A DNA stretch of 64,000 nucleotides from Thalia democratica (Eukaryota): assembly GCA_965202585.1 (NCBI GenBank), contig OZ241829.1, positions 29,078,001 to 29,142,000 of the forward strand. The letters are read 5' to 3'. The notes under the pieces were generated by a model. It saw only the letters and a program-made list of their open reading frames with translations. It did not search any database and was not told where the DNA came from. Of the stretch, positions 12,561-24,405 are shown one piece after another (the stretch's first letter is position 1; every line of letters begins with the position of its first letter). The position numbers and the translations under genes were made by a program.

Positions 12561-15500
12561 TAAGTTGATAAAAACAGTGAAAACACTTGTGTTTCTACCT
12601 TCTGTAAATTGAAACAAAGTGGTGTTTTTTAATCGATATTAAAAACGATAACTAAGAACAAGGTTCTGTCAAGTTGCTCAAATATGCGAAACAAAGTTCT
12701 TAAAGTCTGGATATATATATATCAAGTTGATGTTTGTTCAAGAAGTAAATTATGTCCTAAATTTTAATTGTTGGTTTGAATTTCGGCATTATGATATGTT
12801 CTAACGACTAAAATGAATATGACTAAAAACGCTGAATAGATGTGGAAATTCGTGATTCACACTATGTTGCTGGTTTATACATAAAAACCACTGATATGAT
12901 TGACTTTAGTAGTTAAGAATTTTTTGCTAGGTTTATAGGAAATGTTTTTTTTGGTTGGTGATAAACTGGAAACTGATGATAAGTAGGAGATAGTGCAATT
13001 GTATTTTATGGTATTAAAATTCATAAGCCGCTGAAAAATGCTGATGATGAAGTTGCTTATGAGGTCGTGAAAGACAATTTTAACAAAATGTCTAAAGAAT
13101 CTTCTTCTTTACAGCGTAAATAAATTAAATAGTATAAGCACTATGTGTTAAATAATTTGGTTTTTTGTATTAACATATAAATTTAAAATTATGTTTTCTG
13201 ATTTTATTCATTATGAATTTTTGTTTTATTTTTTTATTTTTCGTTAATTTTTTGTGTGGTTTTTAGTTTAAATTTTTCAGGTTTTGATGCCTTAATACGT
13301 TGTAGAACAATAAATTTGAATTAATAGTTGTAACAATATCAACTAAAACAAAGTTTTATACAAAAACAGTTGTAAGAATTACCTCAGCTCTTAAAAACTG
13401 TTGTTATAATTTTGATGAAAACTAGCTTTAAATAAAAATTCTAAAAGTTTTTTAAACTTTGTTTTTAATACACATTGCTGGTTGGTGAACTACAATTCAA
13501 ATTTTGCCTCTGAAAAGTTTTTAAATTTTTTAGTAAACTTTGTTTAAATTGTGCGGCCTGCGAAGGCTTTTTATAACAGCTTAGGCCCGCATATCAGTAT
13601 TTTTTATATATTAGATCATTGGCTTGAAAATTTACAAAATCCTAAAGAGTGCTTTACAGTTTATCAGTTTGAACATATGCTTACGAGTCGTAATACATTA
13701 AAAGAAAAATTTTCAAAAATTAACGCTTTTTATAGCTACTTTGAGTAAATTACTAGTTATAATAATGCAGCAAACATGATGCAAATATTGATTCTTAAAT
13801 TAAAAAGGAATACAAAACAAACGCAATGTTTAAGTGTAAATTTTATTCAGCTACAATTTCAAAACTGGAATGCTATAAAACAATTTAAATTTCCGACATA
13901 TATAAAGCTGAAAATATAATAAATTTGGTTTAAATGTTTAGAAATGTAAAATAATTGCATGAGCTTAGCAATTAGTTGACAAACCGATCAAAATTGTTAA
14001 GTTTTGTTGTAAATAAACTATAAAAAAAAAAACCTTAGTTTAGTTGACGTTTAAAAACAAGTTAAATTCTTATCTGACATAAAACAAAAAAAAAACGTTT
14101 TATTTCATTTGTTTGTTTTAAAATAAAATATGATATGGTGCGAATAGTATGTAAAAAAGTCTTTATTTATAAAACTTTTTTAAGTTAAGTTAGCAGATAC
14201 TGTATGAAGCTTAAGTGTTAAGTAAGTGTATATTTAACAAATAGGAAAAACGTATTCTTTTACGTGTATCTTTAAATTAGTTTTGCGTAAACAAGATGCT
14301 AAAATTAACTGATTAAATAAGGTAAATTTTTGCACTTAAGACTAAAAAATATTAACTAAATATAATTTTTTAAAATTTTAATTAGCTTACTTATTTAATA
14401 AAAAAAAGTAAATTTCTACTACTTCATAACAAAAAGTAAACTAAAAGTTTAAAAACCAACAAAATAATTAGTTATATATTTTAGACATAAAAAAATCTAA
14501 GCTAATTGTTTCTTCATAAAGATGCTAGTGAAGCAAGTTTGATGAAATATATATTGAAATATCAGTGCAATATTTTTTGTTATTTATTTTATTAACTTGT
14601 AAAACTCGTCGTAAAAAAAATATTTTCTACTATATTATATATTTAAGTATATTTGTATATTTTTTTCTTTACAATTTTAAATATAGAATAAACTCAGTGT
14701 TTTAGTTTAATAAAACAAATTAACAGTTTTCTTATATGTATGATAGTAAATAGGATTTAAGTGAACAACATAAACACTTTTTTCAAACTAATAATTAAAC
14801 TAACTTTTATATATCTAAAAAACTAAAAAAAATTAAGTTAAAATATTTGTTTAAATTTAATTACAGTTATACATTTTTAACTTTGATGGTTTTTAGAATT
14901 ATGGAAATGTCAAAGCTTAAAAAACTTAACGTAAAATATAATAAAGTATGACTAAAAAATTTAATAATTTAGGTTTAAATATTGTTTAAAGTTTCAACAT
15001 ATAATACTTAAGTCTTAGTTTTATTTAGATTATTTATAAGTTTATAGCACAAGGTTAAAGGTAGTTGGTATTTTTTAGTAAACTTTTAAAAAGTTATTCA
15101 GGCAACTTTACATAACTTCATAGCTAATCACATTTTGTAAACAGGATAAAATGTCGTTTTACGTATTTATTTAAATTAGTATTTAAAATGGCGGAACACT
15201 TCGATACTTGCTACATAACAAAAGTGCTCAAACAGAAAATTTACTTTGAGAAAGTAATTAGCTTAATGGAATTTTGTTACAAACGATAATAATACACATG
15301 TAGTAATCATTTGTTTGAGTAACTAAATGCTAACAATAAGTTATAATTTAAGGCTTTATGATAAGTTTTGTAGTTTCAACTTAAGTTAGCTGTTTATTAA
15401 CTTACAAATTTTAGTACTTTCAATCATAAGCTTAAATATTCTAAGTTTACATTTTTGTGCTACAACGGAGTGTTACTTATTCAGCTACAAAATATTAGGT

Positions 15501-16194
15501 TTTAGCGATTTATAAACAAAAGGTACTTCCAGAAAATAAAACAAGTTTAAACATGTTGAAATACATTGTTTTAACCTAACTCTTTTATCTGGTGAAATTT
15601 TTTGAAAGAACAAAATTAATGTGTTATTTTTATTGAACATTTTATAAAATGTAGAATGCTAGGCAATTGTTTAAAATTTATTTTCACTAGTTTACATAAT
15701 CACTTTTAATTAAACGAAATAAGCGTTAAAATTTCTTACCTATTCTTATATAAATTTGTTCGTTATTTTAAAACTTGAACACACCTTCAAAAGCTTGTAC
15801 GTATGTAATTAATTTATGTTTTTTTTTTTGATACCTGTTAAACTATTTTAAACAGTATATACAAAAATGACACTGTACGCAATGTATTTTTTTTGCACAT
15901 TTTGTAATAAAAAAGGTCATCGAAAGAAAATAAAGTTCTTGTAAAGTGTAATAGCAAGATTCTAATCCATAAGATTTAGAAAAATTTTAAGTTTTGTATA
16001 TTGGTATAATAGTTTTTTTTTTGCAAAATCCTAACATGTTTCACGCTATTTTTATCAGAGGATACATGGTAATAAATAAAGAACAAATTTAAGTTTATAT
16101 AGTAACAGTAGTAATCATCATAAACAAACATTAATTACATACAAAATTTATTACACAAGACTAACCAAAATACTATTTATTCCAGATAATTAAA

Positions 16195-16490
16195 TACAAA
16201 AAGCATAAAGTAGATAAAGCAAAACTATAGTCAAATTCCTGTCGCCTACAAAGGGTAGGTTTTGTATTTAAAATACACATAGCCTTAATTTTAACCAAAT
16301 CAGAGTTGTTACAGCACCTTTTATTTATCTAAAGTCTTATAAATATAACATTTTTCGCACAACTTTGATTATTCATCAAATGTTTAGCAATAGAATTTTT
16401 TTTTTCTGAAGCAGTCTTGTTGTTAGACCGATATAGTTATTGTTACAATAGAGTTTAATATGGTATATAACCATGCATGGTATATGTTTG
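16195..16490 (-). mobile_element. Penelope-like element GIY-YIG endonuclease 3' fragment
   Basis: Minus-strand pieces VIYHIKLYCNNNYIGLTTRL, SIAKHLMNNQSCA and KPTLCRRQEFDYSFAL, interrupted by frameshifts. Confidence 0.75.
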
Positions 16491-16581
16491 TATAGGTTAA
16501 TTAGCTCTAATAATTAGTTTTTTAATTAGTATTTTGGAATTAATTTTGTATGTAATTAATATTTGTTTATGATGATTGATA

Positions 16582-17460
16582 CGGGAACGGGTCAGAAAAG
16601 CACGGGTGACACTTTAGCACAGAGTGACACTTTATCACGGTGTGACAATTTAGCACATAGTGTCACTTTAACACGGCGTCATTTTAGCACGAAGTGACAT
16701 TTTAGCCCAGAATTTATTTTGAATTTTTTTTCTTTGCTTAAATCACATTAAGTATGGTATTGTTTAAAAATCTAAAAACGAACTATGCAACGTGTAAAAT
16801 AAAAGTTAACAGGCTCTAAATGAGTTACAAGTTTAATCTTTAGTTAAAACTAAAACAAAAGTAAATTAAAAAACTTTATTAACTTGCTTTACTATTTAAT
16901 TTTAGATGAAAAGATTTTGATACTTTTACTTTAAAGTTTTTGAAATAAAACTATTTTGATAAAACTACCAATAAATACAATTTCTAGGATTATTAAAACT
17001 TTTTTTGTATGCTTTAACTAACTTTAATAAGGCTATACTTTAAGCGTAAGTTTTAAATAAAAAGTGAGATATATAAAGATTAAAAACTTTCTTAATTTAT
17101 TTTAAGCCCATAGTAAAAACTTTATTTATAATTTTTTTAAGTTGTTAGAACTAATTTTCACAATTATTTGTTTAATTATTAAAGTATTATTATTAATTTA
17201 ATTATTAGTATTATTATTTAAGTTAATTATTTTGGATATTTTAACATTATTTAAATAAACATTTAAAATAATTTAAAATTATTACGTGGTAAAATGTCAC
17301 TCCGTGCTAAAGTGATGCGTGCCAAAGTATAACTCCGTGCTAAAGTGTCACTCCGTGCTAAAATGACGCCGTGCTAAAGTGACACTCCGTGCTAAAGTGT
17401 CACTCTGTGCTAAAATGACGCCGTGCTAAAGTGACACTGTGCTTTTTTGACACCTACCCG
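16582..17460. mobile_element. Foldback-like non-autonomous TIR element A with 18-bp subterminal tandem repeats
   Basis: Ends cgggaacgggtcagaaaagcac / gtgcttttttgacacctacccg; arrays of gtgacactttagcacgga-like units inverted at the two ends around an AT-rich core. Confidence 0.8.
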
Positions 17461-17572
17461 ATTAATACTTTTACTATATAACTTTAAGTTTATCTTTTAT
17501 CTATTGATATGTATCCACTGACGAGAATAGCATGAAATATGTTTGGTTTACTGCATTGAGTACCTCTTTTGT

Positions 17573-18074
17573 GGGTAGCTGTCAAATTTGAACGAGCGTA
17601 CAAAATTGCACGAGAGGACAGAATTGCACGAGGGCACAAAATTGCACGAATATAACTTTGCACGAAGACACTCATGTACGAGGGGATAAAATTGCACGAA
17701 GACACTTTTTCACGAAGAATCACTTTTGCACGAAGACACTTTTGAACGAGTAGATAATTTTGCATGGAGAAATTTTTGCACAAGTTGAATTTAATTTTTT
17801 TTTAATAGTTATCATTTTTTTTAAACTTACTAATTATTATTTTTCTAATTACTACTTTTTTTACTATCAGTATTACCCTTAACCCTTACCCTCGGTCAGT
17901 ATTTTTTTTTTCTTTTTGTTTTTTTTTACTCTAGTCCAAAATTGACCCTTGTTGCAAAATTGTCTTCGTGCGAAAGTATCTTCGTGCAATTTTGTGCCCT
18001 CGTGCAATTTAGTCCTTTGGTGCAATTTAGTAAGCTCGTGCAATTTTGTTTTCGTGCAATTTTGACCCGTTCCC
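17573..18074. mobile_element. Foldback-like non-autonomous TIR element B with ttgcacga subterminal repeats
   Basis: Ends gggtagctgtcaaatttgaacga / tcgtgcaattttgacccgttccc; inverted arrays of ~17-20-bp aaattgcacga.. units. Confidence 0.8.
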
Positions 18075-19883
18075 TTTTTTTGAATATACTGTTGTATAAA
18101 TAATTAGACTTAAAACCTAAAAGATTATCTATAAAGTTTACAAAATATTTGATAAAAATCAAATTATGTATAAAATGTATAAAATATATAATAAAACAAT
18201 TAAAATAAAGTATCTAACAAAAATATCTATAAATATAAGAACAAAGTTGTTTATAGATAACTCAACAAAAAACCCACTAACTATTCAACAATAAAAAAAT
18301 TTAAAAAATGTATAAAAATTAAACTTTAATAGATAACTAAAAGTACTAGGATGCAAATTTTGGAAAATGAAGAAAAGTTGGAAGAAGAGAGAAAATCTAA
18401 GAACAAGTGCTGCCTTGTATGGGTATGTGTGGTATTTGTATTGATCGCCATCGCTGGAGTAACAGTCGGTATTTTGTACGGAGTTGGCGTCATTAAAATC
18501 GGACTAACCACTAGAGGTAAAATTTAAAATGAAAATAAATCTGTTCTGTCTACATCAATCAAGATCTACTTTTTGTTCAATTCAGGATCGAAAGTACAAC
18601 ATCTTTAAAAAACTTAAAATCCTTTACTTATACGTCATAACACTCTAAACTCATTTTTAAACTGTCTACTAACTAAATACTTTTCAAAAGCATTTGTCAC
18701 TTGAAAAGAAACTTTGTGTAGTTTCAAAAACGTTTGTGAAGTTAGAAAAAAATATCAACTTAATTAAAATTAAATCTTTGATGCAAAAAATATAAAATTT
18801 AAAAATTAATTATTATTGTAAAAGGCGAGCCTGACCCGGTCACGGCAGCAACCGACCCGAGCGGTCCGGTCACGGGTGGAGGAGCTCAGAAGGGATGCAG
18901 CGCCACCGGTCAAGACACAGTGAAGCATAGCGAGGTTTTGGCGCCAAATTGCGGGGAGGGAGAAGCGCCGTTCGATGGCGTCATGACGTGCGAGGATGGG
19001 CAGCTGGTTGATGGTGACGGAAACGCAACTGGAAATGACGTATGCGTAAAACGTAATAATTTCGTTTGTTACAAATGAAACGTGATTTGTTTATTTTTTG
19101 CTAGGTTTGTACAACTTCTGAAGAAGTTTACTTTGTAAATACCCGACCTCTTTTGCACATACAAAACGCTCGTGTGACTTTTAAAACGTACAACATAAAC
19201 TATTTAAGTTTTATAAGTTGTTGTACATAGTAAACACTTCATTTGAAATTTTCAAAGTTCAAATAAGGTTAAGTAGAAGTATTAAAGATAAAAATTAAAC
19301 ATAACATTACAAAATATATAGTGTATTGCTTTATATCAATACTTGTACGACACTTCGTAGAACAGAGGCGACACTTCACAGAAAGAGCCAAACAATCAAA
19401 AATGTATTAAACCAATTTTACATTTAGATTACTCATATTAATGTTTTTGATGAAAAAGTTAAGCCACACTTAATTACCTGAAACATACAAAAAAAAACTA
19501 AAGTGATTAATAATGCTTTACCGCGACACTTGTTATTACTACTCGTGAATCTAAGCTGTACACACTTCCGTTTATTTCGGCTCATTTGTGTTTGAACACG
19601 GATATTTTTTACCAACAGTCACAGAGTGCAACCACCTGAAGAAACTTTCAAAGGGCAGCGGAGTGTACAAAATTTCCCCGTTCGCAGACAACGCGAACTT
19701 CAAAGAGGTTTACTGCGACGTTGGCACGGACGACTTCGGGTGGATAGTTGGTTGAAATTGAAAAAAGAAATATTTGTTTAAAAACTGTTGGTAACTAGTC
19801 AAGTTTGTTTTGTTTGTTACAGCTCAAAACTTTAGATTTTAAAAGTAAATTTCATTAGCTCGTAATGAATTGTTAAAAGCATT

Positions 19884-19980
19884 TGGTGTATGACTCGATA
19901 ACCGAAAGGTTTTCTTTCGTACACCAGGTCCTTAGACCAAATATTTGAGCGCTTTTCTTTTACTGTTTAATAATCAATAA
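19884..19980 (+). repeat. ~95-bp multi-hairpin dispersed element (FReD intron 3)
   Basis: Matches the 11127 consensus. Confidence 0.9.
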
Positions 19981-20000
19981 AATGTATTTTAAAACTTAAG

Positions 20001-20060
20001 TCGATTATGTAGCGGTTTGGCACTTACTTACGTTTCGCTTGGTCTTGATGAAAACAGTTG
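20001..20060 (+). pseudogene. Decayed tandem duplicate of FReD exon 4
   Basis: aag|tcgattatgtagcggtttggc.. versus exon 4 aag|tcgattatgaggcggttcgac..; in-frame SIM*RF..L.F...(TGA where exon 4 has TGG). Confidence 0.75.
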
Positions 20061-21902
20061 AAGACAGCTTAAAAAAGTACAAAGCAAATTAAGCTAAAAA
20101 TTAATTCTTAAGCTTACAATTATGTTTTCTTCCATAAAAAATAACTTTGATTACCAACTTATAAAAGAGCTTAATAAACAAGAACCTATTTCAATTGATA
20201 AATTCGTTCTTAAAACTTAATCAACTGCTCGCATACTAATTTAATTTCAAGTCGATTATGAGGCGGTTCGACGGATCTCTGAGCTTCGAAAGGGAATGGG
20301 AGGACTACGCCGCCGGATTCGGTGATGTTGGAATTGAACATTGGATGGGTATTAGATTTTAGTATTTTTGTATGCTTTTTAAAATAATTTTGAGTTTATT
20401 GTTTCTAAAGCATAATAAAAAGTTTTTTGCTAGTATTAACATTGAAAAATGTTAATAGTTGTTTCGTTTCCTTTGTAAAGGTGCAATTAAATGTGAATCA
20501 CATTAAGTTTGTCATCTATTTTACAAGCTTAATTTTATTGTATATTAATATTTATTATCAAAAACCTTTGTTCATTACAAACACACAAGTTTAGTTTTTT
20601 TATACTATAAGTTATCAAAAATTTATTTTAAATTTTTTAATGTATAAGCATATAAAACTAAGTTTAGCTTAAAATACATTTTTAAATTTAAAATAACAAT
20701 AAATAAACAGTTTACTACTATTTCTAGCCTTGTAGTTTTAGTTATTTTATTTCCGTTTTTATTCACTTTATATACTTTTAAACTTGATGATTTTAAAGCT
20801 GTTCGTTTCCAACTTAATATTTTTTAGTTTAATAATTACAAAACGACAGAAAATAATCAAAATTAAAAAAGGAAACAGAATTAAATTAAGAATAAGTTCA
20901 ATTTTTTTTCTTTTTTATATGTTTAATAATATATGATACATATATAAACACAGCACTAAAATACTTGAGCTATTACACACATATCTAATCTGAATTTCGA
21001 TTTAATTTCTCAGGTTTAAAAGATATGCACGCAATTTTGAAAAACGACGACTTTATGTTCAGAGTGGATGTGGAGAAGTTTGATGGTAGCAAGGCGTACG
21101 CTCAGTACGGGTAAATAATATTTGTATTGTTGATATGAGTATGAAGTAGTTTTTTAACAAAAAACTTTTTTTGCATGTCAAAGTACAGTACAATTTTCAT
21201 ATATTGAAAAAACACTTGAAAATTAAAAGTTGTAAATAAAATCTTTTCATATTAAAAAAAATTTGTAATGATGAAATTTATTATACGGTTGAACATAACA
21301 TTTTAAAAAACATTAATTTATGAGACTAATACTAAATTTAGTTTAAGCAATTTAATTTTATGTGAATATTTCTAACTAGTATTTACCTTTGTCATTTAAC
21401 TAATTTGTACTTGTTTAAAAAATCAAAACAATCAATGTGACATTTTAGACTGTAGGAAAACAACAAAATTATTAATTAGCATATCAACAGGACATTTCGT
21501 ATAGGATATGAGAGTGAAAAATTTCCTGTACACTCGGAGACTACACCGGTACTTCAGGTATGCTTTTTTCTTTGCGGAGTAATAGGTTCTAAAGTATTAG
21601 TAAGTTGAAAACACATTGCTTCAAATATTTTAACCAAAGTAAAACTTATTAACTTGAGCTGGACTAATAAAAGTATAGTACCTGCATTTTTTCAATAATT
21701 TCAATTTTTACTGTAGTTTTCACATAAAAATGAGTAATACTTTTCTTCCGTTGACTATTAAATGAACAAAATTTCTTTTAAATAAAGTACCTACAGTATA
21801 CATAAGGACTTTACGAATTTTAACTGATGTTAACTCTTAACAATAAAAACCTTTAACACCTTTTTTTACTTGATGAAAAACGTTTTTAACCATTTTAACC
21901 AG

Positions 21903-21950
21903 GCGACGCATTTGGCCACTGGGGGAAGGGTACACAGAAGTACGATTAAC
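21903..21950 (+). pseudogene. Truncated paralogous duplicate of the 5' end of FReD exon 7
   Basis: Acceptor ttttaaccag| then GDAFGHWGKGTQKYD* versus exon 7 DDSLGHGGRGQEM; the preceding intron 21775-21870 is paralogous to 21985-22075. Confidence 0.7.
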
Positions 21951-22329
21951 TATATTATTAACAAACAAATACATAAAAATTCTCCAAAAATGTATTTACC
22001 TACATTTTATATAAGAAATTTATAAACTTTAACTGATGTTCGTTCATAACAAAAACAACTTATAACACCTTTCTTATATAAGCGCCTAAATTATCTAAGA
22101 AACCTATAAACTTTCACTGCAGTCATATTAACATTAAAAAATTTACTGATTTTGTTCCGTTGTAGTTTAAAACTTTAAAACTTGTTCGCCAGACGATTCA
22201 TTGGGCCACGGGGGCAGGGGGCAGGAGATGCAGCAGAGTCAGCTGTTCACGACCACCGACCAGGACAACGACGAGTGGCGGGCCAATTGCGCGTCCATCC
22301 GTGAAGGCGGGAACGGCGGGTGGTGGTAT

Positions 22330-22790
22330 AGAAAGTGCACGTAAAGCTCGCTGACAGGTTTGAAGTCGTAACTGTTGTTGATTGAAGCCGTTGAAACAAG
22401 TGTGTATTGTTTTCATGGGAGACAGTGGAATCGTACACTCAGTTTATTGTTTCCTAAGATACTTTTTTTATCCTTTACCGCAAGTGCACCTATAGCTCTC
22501 AGGTTTTATGATTGATATTAGTTTTTGCTAACAAACAAATGTTGTTCATGTAAGATACGGTTAAATTAATTTGCATACTAAATTCGTTGTTTGCTAAAAA
22601 GCTTTATATTTTATTGCGGGTGCACTTACAACTCTCTCACAGGTTTTGTGATGGAAAAATATTTGTTAGAGCCGTTTAAGGGTTTAAAGTGTTTAATTCA
22701 ATAAACGAAAGTATTTGAGTAGAATAATTGCGATTTGTTCATATAAGGTACAGTGGAACTAGGTCGTGTATTCAATATATTTTTTTCTTA
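22330..22790 (+). repeat. Decayed tandem triplication of the FReD exon 7 3' end plus donor
   Basis: aagtgcacgtaaagctcgctgacag|gtttg (exon 7), aagtgcacctatagctctcag|gtttt (~22482-22502) and tgcacttacaactctctcacag|gtttt (~22621-22642), with shared downstream motifs such as ttcat..a(c/t)agtggaa. Confidence 0.75.
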
Positions 22791-23437
22791 GTTTTTTTTT
22801 GTCTTAACAAGTATAGCACATAATTTTTAAACACATTCAGCTCTCTTACGTATTTGTTTTATTATTTGGAGCAAACAGTGGGGGTACAGAGGTGTGTTAG
22901 CGGAGACAAGAGTCAACTTTTACTATTTTTTTTGTCGCAAGCTACACATCGTTTTGAAAATTATTATTTCGAATTATCAGTCATTTGTTTCTTATAAAAA
23001 ATTGGTCAAAAGATTTTTGTTACGAAAAATCGACAGTGTTTTTACTTGCAAATAAAATCACTTTAAATCACTTTCCAGTTATTCTCTTCTGACAGTAAAC
23101 TTCAAAAAGTTTTGAAATCAAATTTTTTTCAGACAAAGTTGTGATAAACAAAACAGATATGACTTGTTGTTCTGTTAGAAACAACCCACTTTACTGAAAA
23201 ATAATAAAACATAACATCGTTTTTTGACGGAATTCTTAGAAATAAAAATTTTATAATTGTCACCTCAAACCGAAGTTTAGAAGTTTGATTGTTGCACCTA
23301 GTGCTAAAAGTATATGAATAAAGATAGGGCTGAATGTTTTTTTTTTTTTTGATTTTTACCAAAAACCTACTTTACATTAAACTTCTAAGTATTAAATTTT
23401 TGTCCTGTCCTGGACAAGACGTTAAGAGGTATCTAAG

Positions 23438-23530
23438 TGGTGTACGACCCGATAACCGAAATGTTTTTTTCGTGCACCAGGTCCTACGACCAATTATTTT
23501 AAGCGCATTTTTGGTCATTCCATAAACATT
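23438..23530 (+). repeat. ~95-bp multi-hairpin dispersed element (FReD intron 7)
   Basis: Matches the consensus; shares its 5' flank (ctggacaa.acgttaa.aggta) with the 24753 copy. Confidence 0.85.
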
Positions 23531-24405
23531 ATTATTATATTGTAAACTTTCGTTTTAAATGACAGGTCTGTACTATCGACCCGGGGAAAGCGTTTACCGT
23601 TTGAGCGGCTTGACTTGGATACCGTACTTAAATGAAAGACAATAGTTAAAGGCGGCGCAGATGAAAGAAAGAAGAAAAAAATAGCTGATGACTTGACGTT
23701 TTAATATTGACTGTTGTTATGTGATCTTCTATAATTATTTATACAACAAGTTGTTTAAATCTAAATTTCTGTTGAGTTGCGATTGACAGAAAAATTTATA
23801 TATCTACTTAGGCTGCTGTTAATTGAAATAAATTTTTTCATCTGATTAAATATCAAGACAGTAGTATGAATTTTTAGGTGATAAACAAAAAAGTACTTTA
23901 AAGCTTTAAAAAATTTAATATTTTTATAAAAGTTTTGATTTTGTTGCATCAGTATATGTACATGTAAAAGTATTTTCATGAAAAATCAGACATTAAAAAA
24001 AAACTTTATTTTCGCAAGTTTATTTTCATTTAATTTTTCTGTAGCTTAACAGTTAAAGTATCATCATCTCGTTTTTTTTTTCATAGTATTTAATAAACAC
24101 AGTAAGGACATTGATGAGGTACGCACTTTGAAACCAAGCAAACATACGTACTTTACGTAGAGTGCGTACCTTACGTTACTGTGACTAAATTTGCCTTTTT
24201 CGTGTATATCAATATCTAGCCATTTAAAAGAAAATACTATCAGTTTTTTTAATAAAAAACAGTTGTGTTTTATTTGCAAAGTTTAACATAAAATATTGTT
24301 TTGTTTTTTATTTTAATAATTTTACTATTATATATTTTGGTTTTAAGAAAACAAATAAAGAGGTCTCAACTACTAGAAAAGCAATAATGAATTTGTTCTT
24401 TCAAG

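Larger units (their letters stand above)
18351..23684 (+). pseudogene. Type II transmembrane fibrinogen-related domain (FReD) gene with a sushi-like 4-Cys module; disabled in this sequence
   Basis: Exons 18351-18516 (MQILENEEK...CCLVWVCVVFVLIAIAGVTVGILYGVGVI, TM), 18825-19052 (4 Cys), 19619-19746 (ECNHLK..SGVYKISP..EVYCDVGTDDFGWI), 20252-20348 (SIMRRFDGSLSFEREWEDYAAGFGDVGIEHWMG), 21014-21110, 21491-21557 (1-nt deletion before GDYTGTS), 22193-22357 (FTTTDQDND..NCA..GGWWYRKCT, TAA at 22342) and 23566-23684 (GLYY..GLTW, TAG at 23643). All GT-AG and phase-consistent once the frameshift is corrected. Confidence 0.88.

Noticed and set aside
15185-15194. YY1-like AAAATGGCGG as a promoter
   Set aside because: Single motif with no linked gene or supporting cluster.
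17870-17895. (C)CTAACCC-like telomeric motifs here and at about 57060 and 58635
   Set aside because: Only 1-2 imperfect units, internal to MITE-like repeats; not an interstitial telomere array.
16600-18060. Regularly spaced 17-20-bp repeats resembling a CRISPR array
   Set aside because: No unique spacers, arrays are inverted at the two ends of TIR elements, and the context is eukaryotic.
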